64,000 bases of DNA from Basidiobolus meristosporus CBS 931.73. Taxonomy: Eukaryota; Fungi; Basidiobolomycota. Location: assembly GCA_002104905.1 (NCBI GenBank), contig MCFE01000070.1:1-64000 (forward strand), given 5' to 3'. This document shows, one piece after another, positions 1 through 11,084 of this stretch. The notes beneath the pieces were generated by a model. It was not told where the DNA came from and did not search any database. It saw only the letters and a list, made by a program, of their open reading frames with translations. The translations under genes and the position numbers were made by a program. Position 1 is the stretch's first letter. The number at the start of each line of letters is the position of its first letter.

Positions 1-44
1 CAGTAGTAGACATTGCAGAGAGTGACAGCTTGGGGCTCATAATC

Positions 45-394
45 TGTTGTAAGAGTCTTGGAGATATTGGAAGTGATTTGGAGAACAAGTAGATTATGTG
101 GTTTTCACGTAAAGATTTTTTAAATGTAAAAGTAGTATTTATACTTTTACATGGTTGTGGCATTAGAAACATGTAGAATAGGTTAAGGAAGGTTCCAAGA
201 GCATGTGTGCAAAGTTTGAGGCTGCTTGGACAACTTTGAAAATTTTCATGCTCAGGGTACCTGGTATTTTGGTGAGAATATTTCAAGTAAATCCCAACAA
301 GGAATTTTGGTCAGTATTCTCTAGGATTTGAAGGTGATGCTATAAGTGACCAAGTTAGGTGAATATTTAGGTGGAAATACAAGTTTTTACAACA
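45..394 (-). mobile_element. Ty1/copia family A LTR; 5' LTR of a minus-strand element running off the left edge
   Basis: Termini TGTTGTAA...TTACAACA; same sequence as LTRs at 1132, 1570, 2064 and 38703; adjacent 31-44 reads GATTATGAGCCCCA on the minus strand (primer-binding-site-like). Confidence 0.85.
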
Positions 395-603
395 CAAGGA
401 AGGTCCCAAGAACATGTGTGCAAAGTTTGGGGCTGTTTGGACAACTTTGAGAATTTCATGTTCTGGGTACCTGGTATTTTGGTGAGAATATTTCAAGTAA
501 ATCCCAACAAGGAATTTGGTCAGTATTCTCTAGGATTTGAGGGTAATGATCTAAGTGACTAAGTTAGGTGAGTATTTAGGTGGAATTGCCAATTTTTACA
601 ACA
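395..603 (-). repeat. Tandem partial duplicate of LTR A (repeats ~185-394)
   Basis: aaggaaggtcccaagaacatgtgtgc...ttttacaaca directly re-copies the second half of the preceding LTR. Confidence 0.8.
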
Positions 604-1569
604 GAGTTGTCAGCCATCATACTCAGAACTATAGATCTGATCATATTGTGGCAGTCAAGTGGATATTTAGATGCCTGAACAAAACTGCTGATATCTGCTT
701 AAGATACACTTATCAGTATTCAGAACAGCGCTTGTGGGATACTCTGATGCTGATTGGGGATACAGTATGGAAGACAAAATATCCACCACAGAATACACCT
801 TTCTTTACTGCAAAGGAGCAGTTTAATGGAATCCAAGAAAGCAACCAACCATAGCACTTTCCACTACAGAGGCTGAGTATATGGCAGCCTGTGAAGCTAC
901 AAAAGAAGCAGTGTGGTTAAGAAAGCTTTTTACAGACTTAGGCCTATGTCAAAAAACATCTATTACTTTATTTCAAGATATTCAAGGATGTAAGTAATTA
1001 GTTGGAAATCCAACTTTTGATGCTTGAACTAAGCATATAGATATTAGACATCATTTCATACATGAAGCTATCAAGATTAACTTAGTTATCTTAATTTACT
1101 CTCCTTCTGAAGAAATGACTGCAGACATATTTGTTGTAAGCGTCTTGGAGATATTAGAAGTGATTTGGAGGACAAGTAGATTATGTGGTTTCACTTAATG
1201 ATTTATTGAGTGTAGAAGTAGTATTTATACTTTTACATGGTCTTGGCATACAAAACATGTAGAATTGATTAAGGCAGGTCCCAAAAACATGTGTGCAAAG
1301 TCTGTGGCTGTTTGGACAACTTATCTAATTTTCATGTTCTGGATACCTGGTATTTTGATGAAAATATTATAAGTGAATCCCAACAAGAATTTTGGTCATT
1401 GTTCTCTAGGATTTGAAGGTAACAATCTAAGTGACTAAGTTGGGTGTATATTTAGGTGGAAATTACAAATCCTAACAACAATATTTACCAAACCATCAGC
1501 TAGAGACATGATTGAATATCCTAGGTCAAAATCACAACCAGTCAGTATGAATATTTAGTTCAGTGGGAG
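604..1569 (+). mobile_element. Degenerate Ty1/copia RT-end/RNase H remnant with polypurine tract
   Basis: Encodes KQPTIALSTTEAEYMAACEATKEAVWLRK, KHIDIRHHF and ADIF|TKP with stops and frameshifts; purine tract agtgggag immediately precedes the LTR at 1570. Confidence 0.85.
1132..1480 (-). mobile_element. Solo LTR (family A) inserted antisense into the copia RNase H
   Basis: TG...CA termini; 5-bp target duplication ATATT (1127-1131 and 1481-1485) splits the ADIFTKP motif. Confidence 0.9.
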
Positions 1570-1918
1570 TGTTGTAAAGATCTGTAATTCCACCTAAATA
1601 TTCACCTCACTTAGTCACTTAGATCATTACCCTCAAATCCTAGAGAATACTGACCAAGATCCTTGTTGGGATTTACTTATAATATTTTCATCAAAATACC
1701 AGGTGCCCAGAACATGAAAATTTTGAAAGTTGTCCAAACAGCCCTAAGCTTTGTACACATGCTTTTGGGACCTTTCTGACTCTATTCTACATAAAATTTA
1801 TGCTGAGACCATGTAAAAGTATAAATACTACTCTTACATTCAATAGATCATTAAGTGAAAACCACATAAGCTACTTGTCCTCCTAATCACTTCCAATATC
1901 TCCAAGACTCTTACAACA
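1570..1918 (+). mobile_element. 3' LTR (family A)
   Basis: TGTTGTAAAG...TTACAACA directly after the polypurine tract. Confidence 0.88.
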
Positions 1919-2063
1919 CAATAATGGCTATTGTAAGATCTATGATTCATGATCAAATTTATCTTAGGATGTTTAGGTGATATCAATTGCTATAGCTGTA
2001 TCTTTAAAAATAGGAGTTACAGTAGAATAATTTGGGATTTTACTCCATCTAAGACATGGTTTG

Positions 2064-2410
2064 TGTTGTAAACTTCGTAATTCCACCTAAATATTGACCT
2101 AACTTAGTCACTTAGATCATTACCCTCAAATCCTAGAGAATACTGACCAAATTCCTTGTTGGGATTTACTTAGAATATTTTCACCAAAATACTATGTACC
2201 CAGAACATGAGAATTCTCAAAGTTGTCCAAACAGCCCCAAACTTTGCGCACATGTTCTTGGGACCTTCCTTAACCTATTTTACATGTTTGTAATGCCAAG
2301 ACCAGGTAAAAGTATAAATACTACTTTACATTCAATAAATGATTAAGTGAAAACCACATAATCTACTTGTTCTTCCAATCACTTCCAATATCTCCAAGAC
2401 TCTTACAACA
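2064..2410 (+). mobile_element. Solo LTR (family A)
   Basis: TG...CA termini; 5-bp target duplication GTTTG (2059-2063 and 2411-2415). Confidence 0.9.
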
Positions 2411-3115
2411 GTTTGGGTATAGACAGAGTGCAGAGCACCTACAAATATTTGGTTGCACAGAATATGCCAAGACATTGCCAGGAAATCAGTCAAAATTTGA
2501 ATAAAAAAGCGTGAATTATATATTCTTGAGCCTTCTTGTTTACCAAGAGTATCCTCATTCTGTTTCTCCACCACCTCTTTGCACACTTCCATATTGCCTG
2601 CTTATGGGCTATACCCATTGTTTTGAATGATTCTACTGTTATTTCTTAGCTTATAGTAGACTCAGGGTAATAGTTAGTAACCCTACCAACACTGTTGCTG
2701 TTAAGTACATCTGGGTCTGAACACAAGCAATGCTCACTACTTGCTCTGATGCAGGCAAGCTTTTCACAATTTTAGCTACTAATCCCTCAGTGGAATGGTG
2801 GAGACTAGCAGCAATCTGGGCTTGAAGTCTGGCAATATCACAATAAAGCATTACCATACCACCCCTCCTCACTTTTTTATCTCCTGGCACAGGCATTTTG
2901 ATCACTCATGCATCACTGTAATCGCCAAAAAATCATCAATCACAGCAAAAACAGATCTAACTTTATTTAATATCATAAGGATTTCACCAGATGGTTTGAT
3001 CAATATAGCACTAGAAACCGCCCATCCTATGCATTGGGTCAGTTGGAAAGTTCAAGATCCAACATTGGCTTGCCCATACTATCAACTGCTGCTGGACCCA
3101 TTGATACCATGCGCC

Positions 3116-3391
3116 TTAGCACCAAGTGGTTTTATAGCAAAAGGTGTTTGCGCCAATAAGGTCGTGACAGCAATTGGACATGCATTTGGAGTTGGACTCG
3201 TCAATGGTCCAGTATTTCTTGCTAGAATTGTACCCGGAGTTGTAGCACTTTTTCCCGCAATCGTAGGTCGGGTATTGGCCTGGCAAACCGCAGTCGGATT
3301 TCTTCGAGCACCAGACCATCATGGGACACCCGGCGTCCACAAGAGCGGTGAAGATCCCCATGGTGGCAAGCAGGGCGAGAACAGACTTCAT
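3116..3391 (-). CDS. Small secreted cysteine-rich protein (91 aa, 10 Cys)
   Basis: Hydrophobic signal peptide MKSVLALLATMGIFTALVDA; even Cys count; a decayed paralog next door shows it is a real gene family. Confidence 0.75.
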   Translation of the reverse strand: MKSVLALLATMGIFTALVDAGCPMMVWCSKKSDCGLPGQYPTYDCGKKCYNSGYNSSKKYWTIDESNSKCMSNCCHDLIGANTFCYKTTWC

Positions 3392-3488
3392 CTTGAATGG
3401 TGGGGGCTAGCCGGAAGTGAGGTTCCCTTTTATCAATGAATTATCTGTGCACGATGACCCAATGATTCACACGAATTTGGCCGGAGGG

Positions 3489-3676
3489 TTACGAGCGCTT
3501 CATTATGTGTAAGGCATCACTAATTCGGGAACAAGGGGTGTCCTTGTCGATCTTTTCATGGTGGTATCTGGGCCTACACTCAGCGTAGTCGCCACGTATA
3601 CTCCAGAGCATGTTTTTAGAATTGTAGTCAGAGATGTAGTAGTGGCCCCCTTTTCTTTGGTGCACCACACCATCAC
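3489..3676 (-). pseudogene. Frameshifted paralog of the 3116-3391 secreted protein
   Basis: VMVWCTK matches MMVWCSK; after a frameshift YYISDYNSKNMLWSIRGDYAEC..HEKIDKDTPC aligns to CYNSGYNSSKKYWTIDESNSKC..HDLIGANTFC; no signal peptide visible and several Cys lost. Confidence 0.6.
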
Positions 3677-4371
3677 TGCTTCAGGGTCACCGAAATGGGG
3701 GGCAGTGTCAAGGTAGATCATTGCCAAATGAATTCGGCCTGAACCAATGCTTGGCTTTCCTTATTTCCCTCGGTAACCAAATGCGTCGGTTACTCGGGCG
3801 ACGTCTTTGGTGATCAGGGAAATCTGGAAATGGCCGGTTGATCAGCAGCGATTGGGCCTTCCCAGTACGATGAATGCTGTGCAACTGATAATCAATCCGT
3901 CGACCGTGGTCAGGGAGATCGCGAACGAATGTATGTGGGGTCAGCTCATGTGTGCATAGATCCGGGGAGAATTCAGACCTGAGCTTCCGATTCTACGACA
4001 TGACAAGAAACGAAGCCAGCAATCCATTGAATAGATCAGCCGAGAAGAATCCTACAGATGTCATGATTGAATGCGGGTAATGGAGCACCATTCGGAACTT
4101 TAATGAAACGGTGGGCAGATCTCTGGTGATTATCGCATGTGGCCTATCAGGGCGTTGTGAAGCAGTAAACTCTAATATAACCATACCAACGGTTCCTCTC
4201 ATCCATTGACTAATAGGAACTGTGTGTGACATCCCCACTTGTTTCACTGTGAATGATATTGCGCAGTTCAGTAGGATATCTGGTCGGAAAACTGGCCACT
4301 CTACCGCAGTATTGACTCGTGTAATCCTCCGACCACCACAAAGCTGTCTCCCGGCCAAGGAGGAGGGCTTC

Positions 4372-4378
4372 TATAAAT
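4372..4378 (+). promoter_or_regulatory. TATA box (TATAAAT)
   Basis: About 60 nt upstream of the ATG at 4437; AATAAA at 4777-4782 follows the stop. Confidence 0.5.
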
Positions 4379-4436
4379 ACGTCAGGTGCGTGTTGCCTTT
4401 GGTCACACGTCTTTCAGGTCCGACTTCCGAAACCCC

Positions 4437-4754
4437 ATGCGCCCATTCGCCCTCGTCGCCGTAGCTTTCCTGGCCATTGCCTCTACCACCGTCCAGGCTG
4501 GATCCTTTTATGCCTGCGTGAATTCCGACGGTGGAAACTGCACTGAGCGTCAATGCAGCAAGGGCAACTGTTGCAACTTCCAGGCTGATATGAAGAATAA
4601 CATGGCCAGCGGATGCGCGGCCAACCGCGTCGGATGTACCATCTACTACAACTCAAACTGCCAAGGGCAATCCTTCCTGTTGGACAACCAGTGCTTCCAG
4701 AACCTACCTGCCTTCATCAAGAACAACAATGCCTCTGTGAGATGTCATTTCTAA
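4437..4754 (+). CDS. Small secreted Cys-rich protein (105 aa, 10 Cys), beta/gamma-crystallin-like
   Basis: Signal peptide MRPFALVAVAFLAIASTTVQA; Greek-key-like CTIYYNSNCQG...ASVRC; flanking TATA and AATAAA. Confidence 0.8.
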   Translation: MRPFALVAVAFLAIASTTVQAGSFYACVNSDGGNCTERQCSKGNCCNFQADMKNNMASGCAANRVGCTIYYNSNCQGQSFLLDNQCFQNLPAFIKNNNASVRCHF

Positions 4755-5933
4755 GTAATCAACCTGGTGTCTCCTGAATAAAGTTTCAATGGCCACCAAT
4801 GTTCGGTTTCAGCATACCAGTTATCTCTACAAATCGCTGAACCATCCTGCGGCACGTTTCCAATCCCAATCACTCAACTGAATGAATCGTGCAGTGCAGG
4901 CCTCTAAAGGCCACTATACGCATTCATGCATCTCTTTTATATTCGATGCCAGAGCCAATCACCGTGTTGCCGAAAGTGCATTTGCCCTTCCACACAATGA
5001 GGTGTTCCATATACGCGTAACTGATGGCTCCTCCATCGAATCAGACGAGTTAGGGTCTTACAGCACTTTGTCTTCTGACGCATATCCTTGTGCCCTCATC
5101 CTAGCCCAAGTGAGATTGATCACCTTAGGCACCAGATTCCGGTTCCTATATTGACATTTAGACTTGCTGATCGTAAGAATCATTTGTGTTGCGGGATCCG
5201 TGTTGCGGGATCCACCAAAAACGGGTCCGTCTCATTGTGATCGTGGATTCATCACCATCCCCAGAGCCACGAGGCAAGTTTCGACCCCCGAATAGATGGG
5301 CAGGATCAAGTCTACTCCGCACGTATGTTTACTACGTCGCGACCAGAACACCCTACGTATGCGTGAACTCGGACGGGTGTAGCTTATTATTAGTTAGCCT
5401 ACAGATGGGAACGTTCCATACGAAGCATGCGTGGCTGATGTGACACCTACCGATCAAAATAGCAACCCATTAACCATATTCCAACCATTCCAACCTAGAG
5501 TGGACGAGACTCTCACGCGATCGAAACCAACGTGGTGTTCTTCCCTTTCCTGTGGAGCTTCCAACGGACGACCAAATCCAGGCCGCCGAATACACTCCAG
5601 AGAACCCTCGGCCAAATCGATCAGCGGCCATGCCAACCCCATCCAGATTAACCAAATCTAACCGAGGAATCCCGCTCCCCATGTTTGGCATCATTCAGCC
5701 ACAACCACATTGGCATTGACATTTACTTCCACTTCCACAGTCGGCAACCACTTCCAAGCCGGATTTGGCAGCATTTCATACGTAGGATGATGTTTGCACA
5801 ATTTATTGACTAGAATCTCCTGTGATGTTTGCACACATTTATTTGTTGACTAGAATCTCCCGGAATCCGGGTTTCACTTTCTCTCGATTTCGGTCCCTGA
5901 CTGCCCCGTCATGCCCATTGGCCTCGGGATCGA

Positions 5934-8554
5934 CTAGAACTTGATCTCGAACCTGGTGTCCATGGAGAGCTCCAATTCGGTGATGGTCAAGAGCTCCTTG
6001 GCAGCATCGTAAGTCCAGCTTCCGTACTCGATACCGTAGATGGTGACTCTCTCGGGCTTCCTCTTGAGACCCATGACCACGACCGACTCGAGGTTGGCCC
6101 CGGTGTAGTAGTTGAATCTTCCTTCGTAGCGGATGCCCCGGGTGTCCGCGGTGTAGCGGACCTCGGAGAAGTAGCCCCTCACGTCGGTGCTCTCGCCGTC
6201 GTCGAAGTACATGCTACCGGTGGCCTCCTCACGCTCGTCCAGCGCGACCAACAGTTTGAATGGGTTGTGGGCCATGTCGGCGATCACCAGCTCCGGCTTC
6301 TGAATGGGCACCACGTGGCCACCACGGATGTGAAGCGGGATGTCCCCGTCCAATGGTGCGGGCAGCAAGTGGGTCTTTCCTCCCTCGACCTTCTCGTAGT
6401 TGTAGAAGTTGTACCAGACCCCCTTGGGGAAGGCGGCCTCGACCGCGTCGGCATTCTCGGTCAATACGGGGGAGACGAGGATGGCGGGACCGAGGAGGAT
6501 CTCCTCCTCGTTGCTGAGGAAGCTTGGGTCGTCCTGGAACTCGAAGGGGAGGGGTCTCCATACGGGCAAGCCGCTGGTGTGGGCGTATTGGAACTGGGTG
6601 TAGATGTATGGCAGAAGGGAGTACCGGGTGTTGAGCGCCTTGCGACTGGCCTCCGCCACTGACGGCCAACGGTAGGCCTCCTGGGAGATGGCCCCCTTGA
6701 CGTTGTGGTTACGGGAGAAGGGGTAGAAGGATCCCAGCTGCATCCAACGTAGACACAGCTCCTCCGTGGTGTTACCGTTGAAGCCGCAGATGTCGGAGCC
6801 GACCAGGGGGACGCCGAACATTTGGAAGCTCAGGATCCCTGGGATGGAGTATCTCAGATACTCCCATTTCGACGCGTTGTCCCCGGTCCAATGGGCCTCG
6901 TGGTGTCCGGAGCTGGGGAAGGTGGACCGTCCCAGGACGAAGGTACGCTTCTCGGGAGCGATGTCCAGCAGGGCCTTGCGTGTGGCGATGGCCTCCATAT
7001 GGCCGAAGAGGTTGTGCACCTGGAACTCGGTGAGGCCGTTGTAGTGGGTGGCTTCGGTGCTGACCGTGTGCACCGAGAGGTTCCCGTAGAAGTTGGAGAT
7101 GTTGTAGGCAGGGTTGGGGAAGGTCTGGGGCACGTTCAGGTCATAGTCGGGATCCAACCACGGGTATGGCGGGGTTCCGGTGCGGTTGGTGCCGCAGGAT
7201 CCGACGCAGAAGGAGGATGGCTCGTTCATGTCGATCCAGAGTCCATCGACCGGCACCTTGGAGTGGAAAGTGGAGATCTGCTTGCTCCACCACTTGGTGG
7301 TGTTGGGATTGAACCAATCCGGGAACCCGGTGTATCCGGGCCACACTTGACCAATGTAGATCGAACCATCCGGGTTCTTGATGAAGGTGTTCTGCTCCAC
7401 GCCCTCGGTCCAGGCCGGGTAGTTCTCGTCCCTCTCGATAGCAGGGTCGATGATCAGTACGTAGTGCTTGCCCTCGGAATGAAGCTTGTCAATGAAGGTG
7501 CGCATCACGTCCGTGGGATATCTCACCGGGTCGGTGGTGAAGTCTCTGTACTGATCCATGTAGTCGATATCCGTCCACATGGTTTCCAAAGGAATCTTGG
7601 CTTCGGCGTAGGAATTCACGACGCCCTCGACGATTTGGATGTCGTGGTAGCCGTAGCGACACTGGTTGAACCCAAGCGACCAGTAAGGCACCTGGAAAGG
7701 TCTACCAATGGTGGCAGTGTAGGCATCGATGACGTCGTACGAGTTCGGCCCCGCGAAGAACGAGAAATCGAGAACACCGCCGAGGGTTTTGTAGGCGACG
7801 GTGGCGTTTTCCAGGAGCACGTCCATCTAGAAAGGAGAGACATTAGCTTGGGAAGAAATCGGAATCTCCCGGACTGCCAGCTACTTACCCCGAAACTGTT
7901 GAGAAGGGAGACGCCGTGGGCCTTGCCGTCACGCAACTCGATGTAGAACGGATGGGTGCCGTAAATGTTCTGGTTGATGGGGTCGGCAGCGTCACGAGCC
8001 CACATCGGCTGAAGCGTGTACTCGGGATTTCTTCTGAAGTTGGAGACCACCTCGCCGATTCCGTAGATGTTGGCGTCATGGGGAAGGCGGGAAGTCAACT
8101 CGCGGTACTCCTTCTCGTAGATCAACGGGATCCCGGTGGTGTCGAAGATGGTTTCCCCGGTGTCCTTGCGTCGGATCCAGAAGGAGAAGGGCTCGCTCTC
8201 GTAGTGGAACTCCAGGAGACTTTCGGCGGAAACCTTGGGGTTGAAGGAGTGATCAGGTGCGAGGAGATCCTCCGGGACCTCGAATGCGTTCTCATTTGGA
8301 TCAAGGATCTTCACATGGATTCTCGCCCTTTCCATGGTCACTTGGACCTCGAGGTTTTCCGAATCCTGCCCGTATCTGTTGCACGGCGGCCCATCCAACG
8401 TGAGACCGATCACCATGGTGTTTTCGTTGACGCTGACGTCGGTGGTACGGTAACCGGGGCACACAAGCTCGGCTGTCCTCTCTATGGGACTGGCATCGGT
8501 AGATACGCCGAGAAGGGCCAAGGCGAGTGTAAATGGCTTTAACCACTTTGGCAT
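5934..8554 (-). CDS. Secreted GH31 alpha-glucosidase (~852 aa; exons 8554-7889 and 7826-5934)
   Basis: Signal peptide; catalytic WIDMNEP and HWTGDN motifs; 62-nt GTAAGT...GCTAAT...TAG intron (7888-7827) joins LLNSFG|MDV in frame. Confidence 0.95.
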
Positions 8555-9866
8555 TTTGGTGGGAAGGGGGAGGAGGGGGATTGTTTGTTGCCATGGCCTG
8601 TGTTTCGGACGAGGCATTTATACGTTTTGACCGACTCCGGTCAGCCCGAATCAACCTCGATGAACCAGATGGCCACCGTTTGGAACAGCCTACACCCGTC
8701 CATTCGGCCTAAAGAGAAAATCCTAACCGCGAACTGGGCCAAACGAGCAGACTGGGCAGGCTCCGCTATCGCATGGATGTCAATGTAGTGGACTTCGGCT
8801 GGATGAGTTAGGCTTGGTGACCAAGTCAACCTCGTCGGTTACGGAATTAATTTCACCTTATTCGTACACCGCACTCTCCAAACGGGACTCTCGGCTCCAG
8901 CAGGTGGTGGCTGAAATGTCTCACTTCATTCCAGGAATCGGGAAACTCAGCAAATCCCCAGGTGGTACGTTTCCTAGTATGGGGCCTTGGTGCGTAGTGT
9001 GGCTTGCTTCACTACGAAAGGTGGAATTTTAAGCCGAAACTATAGTTGTCCCAGCCTGGACATAATTGGCATGCGTCTTGGAAATGGCAGCTGTTTCATA
9101 TCCAGCGAGATGCCCCACCCTGATCTTGGACGCCCCTTCACAGCCAGTATTTCCCACCTCGCTAGTGTGTATGCGAGGAGTGCGGAAGGGGAGTGTGCTC
9201 TCCGCTGACAAGCAAATAAACGAATAAATCCAGATTCAAGGTTAAAGCTGATTTCATGACGATATCTAGATGGTGGCAATATCTAGATGATTTCGATCTT
9301 TGGATGATTACCGAGAACGAGATATAGCTGACATTTAGCCGATTCCAATTCCCTGGTGTTTTCGCGCACGATATCTGTCCCGGATAGGCAACCCGATGCC
9401 CGCATCCGGCTGGGGTGGCGCAGAACTCGATCAGCTGTGGCCAAACCCACTTAAGAAACTCGAGAAATTCAATACCCCACTTGACCACACCCGTCAATTA
9501 ACACTGGCCTGGGATACCGGCCGATGCCGGTAGATTGGATTTTGCAGAGTATGAAGCTTGCTCAAGCATAGTTAACAATTCACTAGAAATTTAGTCGAGA
9601 TTCATTTGCCTGCATCGAAGTGCTTGGTACGAAATATTCACAAACAGTTACACAACTCTATGTCTAAGACATGATTGAAGAAGGATGGCATTTTGCCTAA
9701 TCGGCACATAATTTAAATGCAATCATGGCTACCCAAATTATATTATGAACACTATAGATACGTTATAAAAAGAACTGGTGATTTATTTCCATTTTCAAGA
9801 GTTGTACCTGAAGAAAGAGATATGTAAGCAACTTGAAAGATGGAACAATAGTGGTACAGATAAGAA

Positions 9867-9945
9867 TCAGATAAGACGTAATTAGGTAGCTGTCTATTTT
9901 TCGTCAGTATCCCAAAGGATTACAGCCAAATGCCTTAATCATCAT
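9867..9945 (-). ncRNA. snR13: Box C/D snoRNA copy 1 (snR13-like)
   Basis: ATGATGA...CTGA; guide AGGCATTTGGCT antisense to LSU rRNA AGCCAAATGCCT; second element GCTACCT; terminal stem AGAA/TTCT. Confidence 0.85.
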
Positions 9946-10098
9946 TTTCTAGGGATTGATAGGTTCGATGCTTACTCTGAATGTTTGCTCGCCGGCATGT
10001 CTTCGATACGGATGTTTGAGCATTAACGATCCACCTGCAATACTGTGGAAAGAGTTTAGCAAATGGTGAAAGAATAAAGGGTTCGTTGTGGGATATGC

Positions 10099-10177
10099 TC
10101 AGATAAGACGTAATTAGGTAGCTGTCTATTTTTCGTCAGTATCCCGAAGGATTACAGCCAAATGCCTTAATCATCAT
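10099..10177 (-). ncRNA. snR13: Box C/D snoRNA copy 2 (snR13-like)
   Basis: Same core; cUUCGg internal hairpin; terminal stem TGC/GCA. Confidence 0.85.
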
Positions 10178-10313
10178 TGCAAGTCGGTGACGGAAATGCA
10201 ACCTACCTAGTGACATGAAAGCTAAGCGGGAAGTGGGGAATCGTACAATCACAACGGCGGCCTATCCAGATTGGAATTAGATTGGTGTTTGGTAAATTTA
10301 TGAGAGCGATTTA

Positions 10314-10392
10314 TCAGAGTAGACGTAATTAGGTAGCTGTCTATTTTTCGTCAGTATCCCGAGGGATTACAGCCAAATGCCTTAATCATCAT
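10314..10392 (-). ncRNA. snR13: Box C/D snoRNA copy 3 (snR13-like)
   Basis: Same core; 9-bp terminal stem AGCGATTTA/TAAATCGCT. Confidence 0.85.
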
Positions 10393-10543
10393 TTAAATCG
10401 CTTGAGTTCGAGATACTCTACCTTAATATGTACAGTATGTAAGGAGGTCATGTAGTTTGCTTTACAGTGTGGATCAACATATTGACAATCTATGGAAAGG
10501 AGTTGTTAGCATTGAAGTTTAGGTTGAAAGGGTCTACTGCAAA

Positions 10544-10623
10544 TCAGATATAGACGTAATTAGGTAGCTGTCTGTTTTTCGTCAGTATCCCAAGGGATTA
10601 CAGCCAAATGCCTTAATCATCAT
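10544..10623 (-). ncRNA. snR13: Box C/D snoRNA copy 4 (snR13-like)
   Basis: Same core; terminal stem CTGCAAA/TTTGCAG. Confidence 0.85.
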
Positions 10624-10773
10624 TTTGCAGATCACCAACTACTGAGGTTTACTTACTTTTTACAAGAGACGGCCACGACTTCCACGATTATATATACACC
10701 ATTGGAAATTATAGTACAAGTCACTAAGAAAGAATTAGGGGTTAGTTGTCGGTCAAGTGGAAATGATCACTGC

Positions 10774-10853
10774 TCAGATATAGACGTAATTAGGTAGCTG
10801 TCTGTTTTTCGTCAGTATCCCGAAGGATTACAGCCAAATGCCTTAATCATCAC
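10774..10853 (-). ncRNA. snR13: Box C/D snoRNA copy 5 (snR13-like)
   Basis: GTGATGA...CTGA; UUCG loop; terminal stem TGC/GCA. Confidence 0.85.
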
Positions 10854-11004
10854 TGCAAGCGGATCGCACATGTGAATTCGAGCACTTACGTTTTTTGTCG
10901 GAGAGATATCCGGGACGAGGAGAAGCATCCGCAAATGTGTGCTTTTGTGGAGAAGAAGGATTAGCAAAAACGATCGAATGATGTTCGGTTGCGTATGCGT
11001 GTTC

Positions 11005-11084
11005 TCAGATAAAGACGTAATTAGGTAGCTGTCTATTTTTCGTCAGTATCCCGGAGGATTACAGCCAAATGCCTTAATCATCAT
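11005..11084 (-). ncRNA. snR13: Box C/D snoRNA copy 6 (snR13-like)
   Basis: ATGATGA...CTGA; UCCG loop; terminal stem weak. Confidence 0.82.

Noticed and set aside
6229-8542. Long overlapping ORFs on other frames (e.g. 6822-7946, 7916-8542, 6267-6662)
   Set aside because: Shadow ORFs from the GC-rich codon bias of the GH31 gene; no recognisable motifs.
9920-9940. rRNA gene fragment (AGCCAAATGCCT matches LSU rRNA)
   Set aside because: The match is only ~12 nt and is the sense image of the snoRNA guide.
9867-11084. CRISPR array
   Set aside because: Repeats (~80 nt) and spacers (~135-155 nt) are far longer than CRISPR norms, there are no cas genes, the host is eukaryotic, and C/D boxes, an rRNA guide and splice signals explain the pattern.
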